Virus record (IMG/VR): IMGVR_UViG_3300020183_000020
Location: 32,001 to 96,000 of that record
Length of the DNA: 64,000 nucleotides
Direction: 5' to 3' (one strand)
From: a virus
A program made the position numbers and the translations under genes. How positions within the stretch are numbered: position 1 is the stretch's first letter; every line of letters starts with the position of its first letter. Positions 1-9,610 of the stretch are shown piece by piece. The notes beneath the pieces were generated by a model, which was given only the letters and a program-made list of their open reading frames with translations, had not been told where the DNA came from and ran no database searches.

Positions 1-52
1 CCCTGGGTGTACTCGGAGGATACTTTCATCTAGAGATTACGAAGGAAAAGGG

Positions 53-1123
53 ATGGATAATACCTATGGGATAGTACAAAACAATAAGTTGGGGGGCTTT
101 TTTCATCCCATATCCACTCGTGAGTTAGACAGGTTAACCCGCATGGCAATAGAACTAACTTTGATAGAGGGTGCAATAGACCGTGGTCTCTTGCCCACCC
201 GATACGCGAGAACTAACTCGGAAGAACACTTTTGTGAGGCTTTGTCTTTTAGAGCAGTTGGTGACCTGCCTGAGATTATGTCTGAGAAGTTTGAGATGAT
301 ATTCTTTGGTTCTCGGAAACATTTGGTTGTTCCGTCTGAAACAGAGTTAACCGTTGACATTCCAACCCCCACAGCCCCAATAGCTCCCACAGCCCCCACA
401 GAAGTATCCGCTGCTGTAGGCTCAAAGAGCGAAATGGATAAGAAAGGGAATGGACTTGCCCAAGGGCTTGGGTTATCCTATGTGAGTGGGCGTAAGTACG
501 GAACCTTCGTGTACACGAACAATGAGACACTAAGCACTCATGCCTATATGTTCTTGGACTATGCTTCAGGCAACCTGTTTGTACCCAAGACAAAAGCCTT
601 CCCCAACCTTGATGTGAATATCGCTAACCTATTGGATAAGGATGTGGCAGACGCTACTTCATTTACCCGTATGAGTAAACTCCGCCCCAAGTGGAGAACA
701 CAAGCGACCATAGAAGAAGGCATCGCTCCTGCTCACGACCCTCAGACTCCTGTAGTCCCTGATCTGACACCTCAAGTCTCAGATCAGGAGATGGAGCCTG
801 ATCTACCACAACCCCCTGAGCAAGTATCCGTTGATGTGGTAACGGCTTCAACTAATGCGGCTAAGTTGTTGGGGATGTCTGCCGAAGTGTTGCGTAAATA
901 TGTACGCATCAGATATCTGAACGAACAACTAGGTGACCCTCATGCTTATTTGTTTGTAGCCAAATCCGATGGTGCCATCTATACGCCCAAAGCGGGACAC
1001 CAAGCCTCTACTGAGATGATTGGGAATATCTTTGAACCCAACATCATCAGCAAGATATTGCCCACTTCTTTGTACAAAAACGATAAGTGGAAAACCAAGT
1101 TCACCATAGTGGAGACCGTCTAA
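53..1123 (+). CDS. Hypothetical protein with two internal copies of a small domain separated by Pro-rich linkers
   Basis: 356-aa ORF; repeated unit HAY[ML]F..[YK]..G.[LI][FY].PK......I[AG]N[LI] followed by KW[RK]T..TI.E. Confidence 0.75.
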   Translation: MDNTYGIVQNNKLGGFFHPISTRELDRLTRMAIELTLIEGAIDRGLLPTRYARTNSEEHFCEALSFRAVGDLPEIMSEKFEMIFFGSRKHLVVPSETELTVDIPTPTAPIAPTAPTEVSAAVGSKSEMDKKGNGLAQGLGLSYVSGRKYGTFVYTNNETLSTHAYMFLDYASGNLFVPKTKAFPNLDVNIANLLDKDVADATSFTRMSKLRPKWRTQATIEEGIAPAHDPQTPVVPDLTPQVSDQEMEPDLPQPPEQVSVDVVTASTNAAKLLGMSAEVLRKYVRIRYLNEQLGDPHAYLFVAKSDGAIYTPKAGHQASTEMIGNIFEPNIISKILPTSLYKNDKWKTKFTIVETV

Positions 1124-1593
1124 TGGATACCGATTTAGTCACTAAAATATCTAGTCTAGTAGCGGAAGTGAACGACCCCGAGTCTCTGCTTGAGTGGTGG
1201 GACTCTGTTCCCAACACGCCTGCTATTCCAACTTATTGGAAACGCAAAGGTGAAAGGGCTGTTCTTCTGTCCTTTGGCTCAAGGGGTTCTATTATTGACC
1301 TTCGGCAATACACCACAATATTGGGCAGGGAGAAAACGCTCATCATAAATGGATGGATCAGTACCCCCACCTTTATCGCTCTCACCATAGACCCAAATGG
1401 GCTCCCTTCACAGGCTCTCTATCCGTTTCTCATCGTAGCCACATCAAGTGATTTCTTTGACCCTGAACGGATGGACTATGATGTTAAGACTCTCAAGCGT
1501 AATCCTATAAATCACTCCGTCCAAGCCACTATTGGATATGCTGATAGGATGCGTAAGAAAGTCCGCTTTGATGTGCCTCAAGACTTGTTCTAA
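1123..1593 (+). CDS. Hypothetical protein
   Basis: ATG overlaps upstream TAA (TAATG) with GGAG RBS; ORF track starts at 1087. Confidence 0.7.
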   Translation: MDTDLVTKISSLVAEVNDPESLLEWWDSVPNTPAIPTYWKRKGERAVLLSFGSRGSIIDLRQYTTILGREKTLIINGWISTPTFIALTIDPNGLPSQALYPFLIVATSSDFFDPERMDYDVKTLKRNPINHSVQATIGYADRMRKKVRFDVPQDLF

Positions 1594-1603
1594 GGACAAG
1601 CGA

Positions 1604-1633
1604 GTATCCCAAACATCACTATCCAATATTAGT
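1604..1633 (+). promoter_or_regulatory. Early-type promoter GTATCCCA-N15-TATTAGT
   Basis: Intergenic; one of 7 copies with conserved spacing and orientation. Confidence 0.7.
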
Positions 1634-1667
1634 GAGGTGAACGACCCATCTTAACAAGGATTTTCCC

Positions 1668-2108
1668 ATGTTGGTCAATTGCCCCCATTGTCAGTTGCCT
1701 TATGTCAAAGAGCAGTCTTATCAGCGTTCCTGCATCTATTGTTGGAGAGAAGAACAAGGACACAAGCTCGGAACCGTGGATGCGGCTTTCCGCCGCCTTC
1801 AAGAAGAAGCTAAGAAGAAGATCAATACTCCCCCTCTCCAACAGGTTGATATAAGGTCTCCTGACGCTTCGTTACAAATGAAGCTCCAAGCCACACAATT
1901 GCTGGTCAATTCTCTCGAAAAGGAGGTCAGCGAGTTAAAGCGGAAACTCGCTGAACGACCCGTTCCTCCGCCTCCTCCACCCTCTGCTGGTTCTCTCACA
2001 CAAGATTCTATCCGTGAGTTAATCACACTTTGTCACCCCGATAAACACTCGAACTCTCCTCTAGCCACCAAGATAACGCAATGGTTAGTTTCTCTTAGGA
2101 GAAGATAG
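1668..2108 (+). CDS. Zn-finger/coiled-coil protein with C-terminal truncated J-domain (HPD)
   Basis: CPHC...CIYC at the N-terminus; IRELITLCHPDKH near the C-terminus. Confidence 0.65.
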   Translation: MLVNCPHCQLPYVKEQSYQRSCIYCWREEQGHKLGTVDAAFRRLQEEAKKKINTPPLQQVDIRSPDASLQMKLQATQLLVNSLEKEVSELKRKLAERPVPPPPPPSAGSLTQDSIRELITLCHPDKHSNSPLATKITQWLVSLRRR

Positions 2109-2116
2109 GATAAGAA

Positions 2117-2338
2117 ATGATAACCTGTGATCTCTGCCAAAAGACCTGTAACGAGTACTATGTACACGAGCTAGCTCCTGATATTATGCTTTGTCCCGTC
2201 TGTAGACGGATGAGTGCGGCAGAAGTCGTGAGACACTATCTTAGTGCCTCATGGTCGAAGTGTCATAAGACAGGATTAGCCTGTAGGACGGGAACCTGTG
2301 AAACCTGTAAGGACATTGAGGTTAGCCAAGAGAAATGA
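2117..2338 (+). CDS. Small Cys-rich (Zn-binding) protein
   Basis: CDLC, CPVC, CETC; AGGA RBS. Confidence 0.6.
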   Translation: MITCDLCQKTCNEYYVHELAPDIMLCPVCRRMSAAEVVRHYLSASWSKCHKTGLACRTGTCETCKDIEVSQEK

Positions 2339-2793
2339 GTTCTCTCAAAGCGTCGGATACTTCACGCCACTCTGCCGTAGCGGCAGAGAAGGCAATAGAA
2401 TTCGTGGAGGCTCGCCTTCCTGAGATACATGACCTGTTCTCCATAGAGAAGGCTAATAATGCCATCAAGGAAGCCCGCGATGCTATCTTATCCGTAGATA
2501 GAGCAATCGCGAATGTGGTAAGGGCATCTCAAGCCTTGGACGAAGCCCGAGCCTCTTTACAAGATGCCGTTCGATCTTGTAGGATCGCGAGCGAAAGAGC
2601 TTTCAGTTCCACCCCTGTTATCCTATCTGACACAACACCTTCAGAAGACCTTGTTGTCGGGCAGAAGGTGATTGTTCAAAATAGGTACAGAACCACCATA
2701 TCTGAAGGTTTTGTAACTGATGTAAATGACGACTTTGTTTGGGTAAGGGGCGAGATTTTTAGCACGGAAGATCATATCTTCGTAGCCGTGTAA
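2335..2793 (+). CDS. Hypothetical protein (helical N-terminus, SH3-like beta C-terminus)
   Basis: ATGA overlap with the upstream gene; 152 aa. Confidence 0.65.
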   Translation: MSSLKASDTSRHSAVAAEKAIEFVEARLPEIHDLFSIEKANNAIKEARDAILSVDRAIANVVRASQALDEARASLQDAVRSCRIASERAFSSTPVILSDTTPSEDLVVGQKVIVQNRYRTTISEGFVTDVNDDFVWVRGEIFSTEDHIFVAV

Positions 2794-2798
2794 ATAGA

Positions 2799-2828
2799 GT
2801 ATCCCAAGGGGGGTTATCCATTATTAGT
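2799..2828 (+). promoter_or_regulatory. Early-type promoter GTATCCCA-N15-TATTAGT
   Basis: Nearly identical to the copy at 16936-16965. Confidence 0.75.
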
Positions 2829-2884
2829 TAGGTGTGAGAGATAGATACCTAACCCCCCCCCAACAAAGAGAGAGATAAGACATC

Positions 2885-3127
2885 ATGCAGAACATCAGCT
2901 TCAACATCCGTCGCCCCTTCGGCCCCGTCAGCCTGACCCTCAACACCACCACGGGCGAGGTGACCCGCCAGGGTGATGGGTGGGTTCCCACCACCACCCG
3001 CACCCTGCCCCTTGAGGGGCTGGCGGAGGGGCTGAAGATGTGGGAGGGCGGCAACCTGATCCAGACCTCCCTGCCCCGCCTCCCTGCGGAGGATCGGGAG
3101 TGGCTGATGACGGGTCTGACGGACTGA
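2885..3127 (+). CDS. Small phage protein, GC-rich gene
   Basis: 80 aa; C-terminal LIQTSLPRLPAEDREWLMTG resembles a common small phage-protein motif; very high GC3. Confidence 0.7.
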   Translation: MQNISFNIRRPFGPVSLTLNTTTGEVTRQGDGWVPTTTRTLPLEGLAEGLKMWEGGNLIQTSLPRLPAEDREWLMTGLTD

Positions 3128-3178
3128 GAAAGGGGGGGGGCAACCCCCCCACCAACCAACCCTAAGAAAGGAATACAG

Positions 3179-3397
3179 ATGAAGGTTTATCCCCCCAAGG
3201 TGATTAAGGCGGCTGTAGCCGCCCATGAGGAGACTCTTCTCGGCAAGATTGTCACGCTGATGGGGCGTGAGTTAACCGAAGAGGAGTTGGACACGATCAA
3301 GGACTCGATCTACATGATCAAGATGGATTCACGCGAGTGGGGAGAGGCTCGCGTGTATAAGCGTCATAATCTTGTGACCGAGTATCACGAGGACTGA
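3179..3397 (+). CDS. Hypothetical protein
   Basis: AAGGA RBS, 72 aa. Confidence 0.65.
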   Translation: MKVYPPKVIKAAVAAHEETLLGKIVTLMGRELTEEELDTIKDSIYMIKMDSREWGEARVYKRHNLVTEYHED

Positions 3398-4450
3398 TCA
3401 GCCCTCAAGGTTGGCGAGATCGGCAAGTCTAGCTCTCAAGTCCTCGCCCCAAGTAGAGGGAAGCTCGGATAAGGGAGCTATGAAGTAAACCTTGCCCTTA
3501 GAAGGCGAGAAGAAAGTGTCCGTTCCTGCGGATAGTTTTGTATCCATTGCGAAGTAGAGACTTCCGTCTTTACCCGTCATGCCATATTTGATTGGACCGA
3601 TGTAGTAACGGCTAGAGAATGCCTCTACATGGTCAATAATGTCGGCAAACTCGCCCAACATCTGAGTTTTCCTTGTTCTAGCCCCAACGGAAGTACTAAC
3701 AAAGTCTTTACGGATAGCGGGAGTAGGTGCAGAGCCTCCTCTCTCATATACGACCACAAATTGGGTCTGTCCCTCAAACATGGCGAGATACTTCTGATAG
3801 GAGGCAAGGTTTTTGAACCCTGATCTATAAATGCCGAGTCCGTCATGGGGAGTAAGGCTCTTTTCACGCAGTTCTCTTTTTACCTCCAAGACCTTATCCA
3901 AATCGCCCTTCTTTGTAGCCCTCTCTAAATCCTTAAGAAGTCCTGCGATGCGGGTAGGCAACGCGGCTTCAAAGTTAAAAGTCCTAGAACCAACCTTACC
4001 ATCAAGTAGCGGGGAAATGACGACTGTGCATTTCTCATCCATATCCTCAGGGCAGATCACATCTTTTACAATGAAGTAAACGGGATTAGCTGGATTGAAT
4101 CCAAGTGCTTCGCAGTTCTTCTTATTGGTGGGGTTCACGCACTTAGAAGCATCAACAAGCACAATCTCTCCCACACTTAAAGGACCTCTGACCGCAGAAG
4201 GAATATCTGCGGCAGGTTCCTTAATGGATACTCCGTTACTCACAAGAGCACTCTTCACATTGTTTTCTGTCATGCCGATTGGATTGGATAAAATCGCCCA
4301 ACAAGCAAAAGCACCCGTGTCGGCAGGTGAAGCCGACTTATCTACAGATGCTGTGTGTCCCTCTCCCTTCAGGATGGGGATTAGAAAGGGACGGATATCA
4401 GGGTTCTCGTTCGCGAGACGGATAACGGCTTTTCTTAGGTCGTTCATCAT
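3398..4450 (-). CDS. Putative virion-internal protein with N-terminal LRKAVIRLANENPDIRPFLIPIL tag
   Basis: 350 aa, GGAG RBS, TA-N5-TTTAT upstream; tag followed by HTA..DKSA. Confidence 0.7.
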   Translation of the reverse strand: MMNDLRKAVIRLANENPDIRPFLIPILKGEGHTASVDKSASPADTGAFACWAILSNPIGMTENNVKSALVSNGVSIKEPAADIPSAVRGPLSVGEIVLVDASKCVNPTNKKNCEALGFNPANPVYFIVKDVICPEDMDEKCTVVISPLLDGKVGSRTFNFEAALPTRIAGLLKDLERATKKGDLDKVLEVKRELREKSLTPHDGLGIYRSGFKNLASYQKYLAMFEGQTQFVVVYERGGSAPTPAIRKDFVSTSVGARTRKTQMLGEFADIIDHVEAFSSRYYIGPIKYGMTGKDGSLYFAMDTKLSAGTDTFFSPSKGKVYFIAPLSELPSTWGEDLRARLADLANLEG

Positions 4451-4498
4451 CTACTCCAAAGTTGGGTTCAGACATATTCTGTCCCCATAAAAAAAGTA

Positions 4499-4870
4499 TT
4501 AAACCGAGGTTATCCGTTCTAGCTCTGCCTGTAGGTGATATTCGGTATTGGATAGTTGGTTGAGTAGAAGTGCCACGAGTGCATTGTTTAGGTGTGTGGA
4601 TAGGGGGAAGGCTTTTTGTACTTCCACTAGAGAGAGGGAGGGGGTTGTTGTGATTGATGTATGGGCTTGCATTTGAATTTGGCGTTGCGTGTACCAAAGG
4701 GCTTTCCTCAGGTCTTCTAGTGTGTTCTCGCCAGGTTTCTTACCTGCACGGAGGATGTATTTGACGGCTGAACCCAAAGAGAAGTTCAGCCCATACGCCT
4801 CAATCACATCAATCGCTTTTAATCCATTCCCATCGTAGTGATTAGGATTGTTTATCTTTTCATAACTCAT
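4499..4870 (-). CDS. DUF3310-family protein
   Basis: INNPNHY...AIDVIE...FSLGSAVKYILRAGKK...EDLRKALWY; start taken at MSYEK. Confidence 0.85.
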   Translation of the reverse strand: MSYEKINNPNHYDGNGLKAIDVIEAYGLNFSLGSAVKYILRAGKKPGENTLEDLRKALWYTQRQIQMQAHTSITTTPSLSLVEVQKAFPLSTHLNNALVALLLNQLSNTEYHLQAELERITSV

Positions 4871-4873
4871 TAG

Positions 4874-4885
4874 TAGGCTCTTTAT
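4874..4885 (+). promoter_or_regulatory. Late-type motif TA-N5-TTTAT
   Basis: TAGGCTCTTTAT, about 40 nt upstream of the fibre gene. Confidence 0.55.
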
Positions 4886-4925
4886 CATTTGTAGTGGTGT
4901 GGACATTTCTATTACCGAGGTCAAC

Positions 4926-7070
4926 ATGGCAAATCTATCCTCATTTTATCAGCTTTTCGGTGAACTGCCCACTAGAACTCTAAAGGGACTAGACCCCACA
5001 TCTTCGTCTTCGCTTTTCGCTAATGCCCGAGGACAAGATATCTCTCTCCTTGCCTCTAGCGGGATTGAACAAAGAGGTGGTGTCGTCCTCATCAGCGGAG
5101 GTCGCGGTGGTTCCACTTCAGGTAGTAATGGAGGCGGTGTTTCCCTCTATGGCGGAGACTCGATTGCTGCTTCTTCTCAAGGAGGGGGTATCCAAATTTA
5201 TGGCGGTGATTCAGATGTCCAAACAGGATATGTGACAATAAGTGCTTATTATGCACAGGGAGCACCTGATGTCGCTCCCACTATCACACTCGGCAGTTTT
5301 AGTGGCACCACAGGGGGGGTGGTATCCATTACAAGCGGGAAACCTGCAAGCGGTTCTACTTCGGGCGACATATCCATAACATCTGCAAATGGTGTTGGTT
5401 CTAATAGCGGTAGTGGAGACATCTCATTCAGTACAGGGAACGCCCAAACTAATGCCTCTAGTGGAGAGATTTCTGTCTCAACAGGCACCTCAACAGGAAA
5501 CCAACCCACAGGTCGGATAGTTACCAAAACGGGTAGCTCATCAGGTTCTGCCGACTCAGGCTATGTCGAGTTCTCTACAGGTCTTACCTATGGAACGGGA
5601 AACTCAGGTTTTGTTCTCCTCTCTTCGGGTGATAGCAACCAATCTTCGGGCTATATTTCACTTAACTCAGGTTATGGCAGTACTGAAAGCGGATATATAC
5701 TTATCCAATCAGGCTTTTCGGACACCATAAGCGGAGAAGTATCCATTATTAGTGGAGATGGTGGCTCGAATAGTGGTGATGTGTCTATTTCTACAGGGTC
5801 GGCAGAGAGCACAGGGGATTGGATAGCTACAACAGGTCAAGCTACTAGTGGTTCTTCGGGAAGCATATATCTAAATACAGGCACGGCAACGACCCAATCG
5901 GGATCGCTTGATGTATTTACGGAAGACGCTCCTATTACGGGAGACTTGACTATCCAAACAGGTACTGCTTCCTCAGGTAATGCGGGCGATATTTATCTCA
6001 TAGCTGGCTCAGGTACTACCCATGCAAAAAGCGGTAGTTTGGACCTAACGGCTAAGAGTGTTATTTGGGGAACAAACAGTCCGACTAACTCTGATGTTCT
6101 ACTACAGGTATCCGATGGTGGACTAAATATCTCTTCTTCCGCTACCATTAACATGACTTCTCTCAATGGACAGCTCAAGATTGAATCCTCAGATTCTATC
6201 CTATTTCAGGCTCCATACTACACTTTTGACACTCCCGAATCGACACATGACCCTGTAGAGATTGGCATAGGTGGAAATAACCAACTACTTCTCCCCGATC
6301 TCACCTCTCTCACTACTGAGAACTTATCCAATATCAACCTCACATTCACCAATGTGGACATAGACCTAGAGACAGGATTCTACCTCGGTGTCTCTGCTGA
6401 TCAAACTATCCTAAATACGGATAACGCTACTATCCGTAGTAGAACACCCGACCAAGCCGTTCAACTCACAATAGGTGATGGTGTTTATACAGGGCTCGCT
6501 TTGAACGCCATTTCAAAAGGGTCACTCTCGGGGGTGGCGGAGGGGGATGTCTCGATTACATCTACTACGGGTGAAGTATCTCTTATCGCACCACAAGGTG
6601 TTAACCTTATTTCCACCTTGGGCGAAATAGATATTGCTGGGGCAAATATCAACCTGACCGGTTTCCACCCCACCAATCCCACATACATTAATGTCTCTAG
6701 CACCAATATACCCACCACAGGTCCTACCGCTGTGGATAATAGACTTCTCCAAGTAGGTGCTAGCGGCATCTTGTCCGCTCTCGGATTTAAGTTTCAAATT
6801 TTGGAAGTCGGGGTTTCAGCTACAGTAGCCTTAGGCAATATCACGGACCTCTATTTCAACATAGGTGCCGCGTACACAACACCCAAAGACAGGCTAATCT
6901 ATAGTCTTGAGATAAACGGAGATGTCGCTTTAGATCATCAGTTCTACTTTAGGGGATACACCACAAATCCCGTTGGATCATCCCCTTGTATCCAGCTTCA
7001 TTCAGGTACTAACAACTTTGGCAGCCTCGGCAAAGTTGTTAGGATTTATTATCTCATCTTCAACTCATAA
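4926..7070 (+). CDS. Gly/Ser-rich beta-helical fibre or spike protein
   Basis: Many SG-x-[IV]-x-[IL]-x-[ST]-G repeats with 13-15 aa period; GAGG RBS before ATG 4926. Confidence 0.7.
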   Translation: MANLSSFYQLFGELPTRTLKGLDPTSSSSLFANARGQDISLLASSGIEQRGGVVLISGGRGGSTSGSNGGGVSLYGGDSIAASSQGGGIQIYGGDSDVQTGYVTISAYYAQGAPDVAPTITLGSFSGTTGGVVSITSGKPASGSTSGDISITSANGVGSNSGSGDISFSTGNAQTNASSGEISVSTGTSTGNQPTGRIVTKTGSSSGSADSGYVEFSTGLTYGTGNSGFVLLSSGDSNQSSGYISLNSGYGSTESGYILIQSGFSDTISGEVSIISGDGGSNSGDVSISTGSAESTGDWIATTGQATSGSSGSIYLNTGTATTQSGSLDVFTEDAPITGDLTIQTGTASSGNAGDIYLIAGSGTTHAKSGSLDLTAKSVIWGTNSPTNSDVLLQVSDGGLNISSSATINMTSLNGQLKIESSDSILFQAPYYTFDTPESTHDPVEIGIGGNNQLLLPDLTSLTTENLSNINLTFTNVDIDLETGFYLGVSADQTILNTDNATIRSRTPDQAVQLTIGDGVYTGLALNAISKGSLSGVAEGDVSITSTTGEVSLIAPQGVNLISTLGEIDIAGANINLTGFHPTNPTYINVSSTNIPTTGPTAVDNRLLQVGASGILSALGFKFQILEVGVSATVALGNITDLYFNIGAAYTTPKDRLIYSLEINGDVALDHQFYFRGYTTNPVGSSPCIQLHSGTNNFGSLGKVVRIYYLIFNS

Positions 7071-7123
7071 CTTTTATTCATTTATAATGCTCAATGAATG
7101 GATACAACACAAAGGATAGTGCA

Positions 7124-7435
7124 ATGAGAAATGAGATAATCCGCCTCCACAGAAGAATAGCCCGTCTAGAGCGTATTGCAGGTACAACCAAGTCCGCAGG
7201 GGGAGTGAAAGAACTCCTTATGGATTCGGTGGCAAAGAACAAGAATAAGCTGATTAAGGCGTGGGGGGGCAATCCCAACGATATAGACCTTGAGTTATGG
7301 TTTCAAAGTCTAGACGGTGGTGATGTCTATGGAGCCCTTAGGGATGCTCCCAACAGGGAGGTTGCCAAGATCATCAAGAACGACATCATCAAACCCATCG
7401 AGGATGACTCGATGGATGAGGATGTTCCCTTTTAA
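7124..7435 (+). CDS. Small putative virion-internal protein with IIRLHRRIARLE...TKSA tag
   Basis: AAGGA RBS before ATG 7124; late-like motif at 7074-7085. Confidence 0.65.
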   Translation: MRNEIIRLHRRIARLERIAGTTKSAGGVKELLMDSVAKNKNKLIKAWGGNPNDIDLELWFQSLDGGDVYGALRDAPNREVAKIIKNDIIKPIEDDSMDEDVPF

Positions 7436-8205
7436 GCCCCTGCGATAATCACATCGAACAACTTACCATTCCCCACCTTCCCGACACTCAAGAGTACGCC
7501 ACCTGAGGCGGAGAGGTCGTTACACTCAATCTCTCCGATACAGATTTTAGCCCTTGGGTCGGAGACCTTGAAGGTCAAGCCCCCAATCGAGACGGAGCTA
7601 TCCAATTTCGGGGTTTCGGTAGTAACCTGCGGGGGAGGGCTGATGGACTCCACTCGATAGGGGGTAAGAATAACAGGTTCATCGTTGACGATAGGTTCGA
7701 CAGGTTCATCGTTGACCACAGGGGTAACCTTTGGGGAGATCACCCTACGACTCTTACCATCGATTTTGGTCAAATTAGAAGTTAAATTGCGAAAGTGGTC
7801 GGGAACCCGAGTGCCGAACACGCAGACAAAATGGCGATTAAAATCCGCCGCGTTTAGGAACTTGTGTGCGTTGGCTTCGATGTAGGATAAGTACAACGAA
7901 TCAAAAGATTCTTTATCCTTAGTCTTAAGGGATGCCTTTAACCGCAGTTCTTTCCAAGCCTCAACATAATCCTTTAAAGGGATAGACTTATCCGTGTACT
8001 GATACATGAGGGAAGGGGGGATCGGCAACTCGGTGATCTGAGGTTTCAGATTGGGGTTTGCAGACGATAAATTTCCACGATAATCCACCCGAAAGTCAAT
8101 AAAAGGGACTTGAGTGTTGGGGTTGTCGAGGAAGTGTTGGATAAACTTCGACCTAATACGCATCGGGGGGACTAACCTTATTGAAGAGAGTAAGGGAGGG
8201 TTCAT
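7432..8205 (-). CDS. Hypothetical protein; C-terminal beta domain paralogous to 8235-9491
   Basis: GGAG RBS, 257 aa. Confidence 0.75.
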   Translation of the reverse strand: MNPPLLSSIRLVPPMRIRSKFIQHFLDNPNTQVPFIDFRVDYRGNLSSANPNLKPQITELPIPPSLMYQYTDKSIPLKDYVEAWKELRLKASLKTKDKESFDSLYLSYIEANAHKFLNAADFNRHFVCVFGTRVPDHFRNLTSNLTKIDGKSRRVISPKVTPVVNDEPVEPIVNDEPVILTPYRVESISPPPQVTTETPKLDSSVSIGGLTFKVSDPRAKICIGEIECNDLSASGGVLLSVGKVGNGKLFDVIIAGA

Positions 8206-8234
8206 TTTATCTCCAAGGTGGGAATTGTGGGTGG

Positions 8235-9491
8235 TTACTTACGGATAGTCACATTGTGCAAGCCGAGAGAGTCTACCTTGCCAATAGACAACTCGACTGA
8301 CCCGTGAACGGATACCTCTGAAAAGTCCACCTGAACGAGTGTGAGGTGTATGGGAGCTGTAGCTGGCGTGATCTTGAATGAGCCGAGGAGTACATAATCC
8401 TTGGGGGTTGTGGTCTCCACCTTCGGGATCAAGGGCATATCTTCCACTAGGGTTTCCTTCTCAATCACAGCAGGGGTGGCAGGGAGATCATGCTCAATCT
8501 CAGCAGGGGTATCTTCCTCAGTCTTAGGGGCATCTTCCTCAGTCTTAGGGGCATCTTCCTCAACCGCAGGGGCATCCACATCAATCTCAGCAGGGGCATC
8601 CTGCTCAGTCTTAGGGAGATCATGCTCAGTCTCAGGGGTGTCCCCTTGGGTGTTTGAAACTCTACGAGATTCGAGAGCCGCGATAGAAGGGAGGTCGGAG
8701 GATTTAAGCCCAAAGATGGTATCGAGGGCAAAGTCCAAAGCCTTCTTCTTTAAGTGAACGCCGCTCGTGAATGTCCAAGACTCTGCGAGAGAGACAAGAT
8801 TCTCATAGGCAAGAGAAGTGGGGTCTTTGGATACTTTCTGAAAGAGAGCGAGCATGGTGTAGTATCCGCTTCTGCCCGCATTAGAAGCCCACTCCCTTTC
8901 GAGAAAGCTAGATACAGACACAGATGGGAGCGATCCATGGTCACGATTAGGATCGTGCTTTAGGATGACCTTCTTGACGAGAGAGAAGTAAATCTTATCC
9001 CATTTAGCGACAAGTGACCTCTTTGAGCCGAGAACATATGGCAGGGACTCGGAGAGTTTGATCCCGATGCCCCACTTATGGGGGAGAGGTAAATGCCACC
9101 CGTGCTGTTGGGTGATTTCGTCCCACATCTCTTCGAGGGACTTATCATCTTCTTCGTGATTTACTTGAGAGATGGGAAGAGAGAGCATCTTACGGATGTC
9201 TTTTTCCGCCACAGCCACCTTGTGTACACACTCAATCCACAGGGTGTCTGATGTGGTGGCGTAATGGATAGCGGCATCGCGTAGGCGGTGGCTGATGTTA
9301 GACTTGAGAATAAGGATAAGATCGGTCTTGACCGATGGCAGTCCCCCCTTGTTGGGGTTAGTGTCCCAACAATGGTGTCCGACGAGGTTCATTTGAACCT
9401 CATCGCCTGCGAGTCGGGCATTCAGTTTGTTGATGAACGCTTCAGCGAACTTCAACTCTGAGCCGAATATGAATGTATTGAGTTCAAGCAC
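8235..9491 (-). CDS. Hypothetical protein with DUF2325-like N-terminal domain and acidic repeat linker
   Basis: TDLILILKSNISHRL motif; GTG start after AAGGAG (the ORF-track ATG at 9530 lies inside the promoter box). Confidence 0.7.
   Translation of the reverse strand: MLELNTFIFGSELKFAEAFINKLNARLAGDEVQMNLVGHHCWDTNPNKGGLPSVKTDLILILKSNISHRLRDAAIHYATTSDTLWIECVHKVAVAEKDIRKMLSLPISQVNHEEDDKSLEEMWDEITQQHGWHLPLPHKWGIGIKLSESLPYVLGSKRSLVAKWDKIYFSLVKKVILKHDPNRDHGSLPSVSVSSFLEREWASNAGRSGYYTMLALFQKVSKDPTSLAYENLVSLAESWTFTSGVHLKKKALDFALDTIFGLKSSDLPSIAALESRRVSNTQGDTPETEHDLPKTEQDAPAEIDVDAPAVEEDAPKTEEDAPKTEEDTPAEIEHDLPATPAVIEKETLVEDMPLIPKVETTTPKDYVLLGSFKITPATAPIHLTLVQVDFSEVSVHGSVELSIGKVDSLGLHNVTIRK
8481..8642. 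repeat. Degenerate 21/24-bp tandem repeat (PKTEEDA-type units)
   Basis: About 7 units such as GCATCTTCCTCAGTCTTAGGG. Confidence 0.85.
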
Positions 9492-9528
9492 GGATGATAA
9501 CTCCTTGTTTAAGTGTGTCCGTCTCACC

Positions 9529-9558
9529 ATTTATATGGAGTGGCGGCGGTTGGGATAC
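9529..9558 (-). promoter_or_regulatory. Early-type promoter GTATCCCA-N15-TATAAAT
   Basis: Same motif and spacing as the other copies. Confidence 0.7.
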
Positions 9559-9610
9559 TCTTTTTAAACCTTAAATAAGTGGGGGGGTTTTACGATAGGA
9601 GGGACGCTCT

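Noticed and set aside
2824-3226. Minus-strand ORFs over the GC-rich gene, and other short antisense ORFs in the track
   Set aside because: Shadow frames of better-supported genes, lacking RBS or motifs
8481-8642. Short repeats as a CRISPR array
   Set aside because: In-frame coding repeats without unique spacers; no cas genes
9492-9530. ATG at 9530 as the start of the 431-aa ORF
   Set aside because: It lies within the promoter box; GTG at 9491 has an AAGGAG RBS
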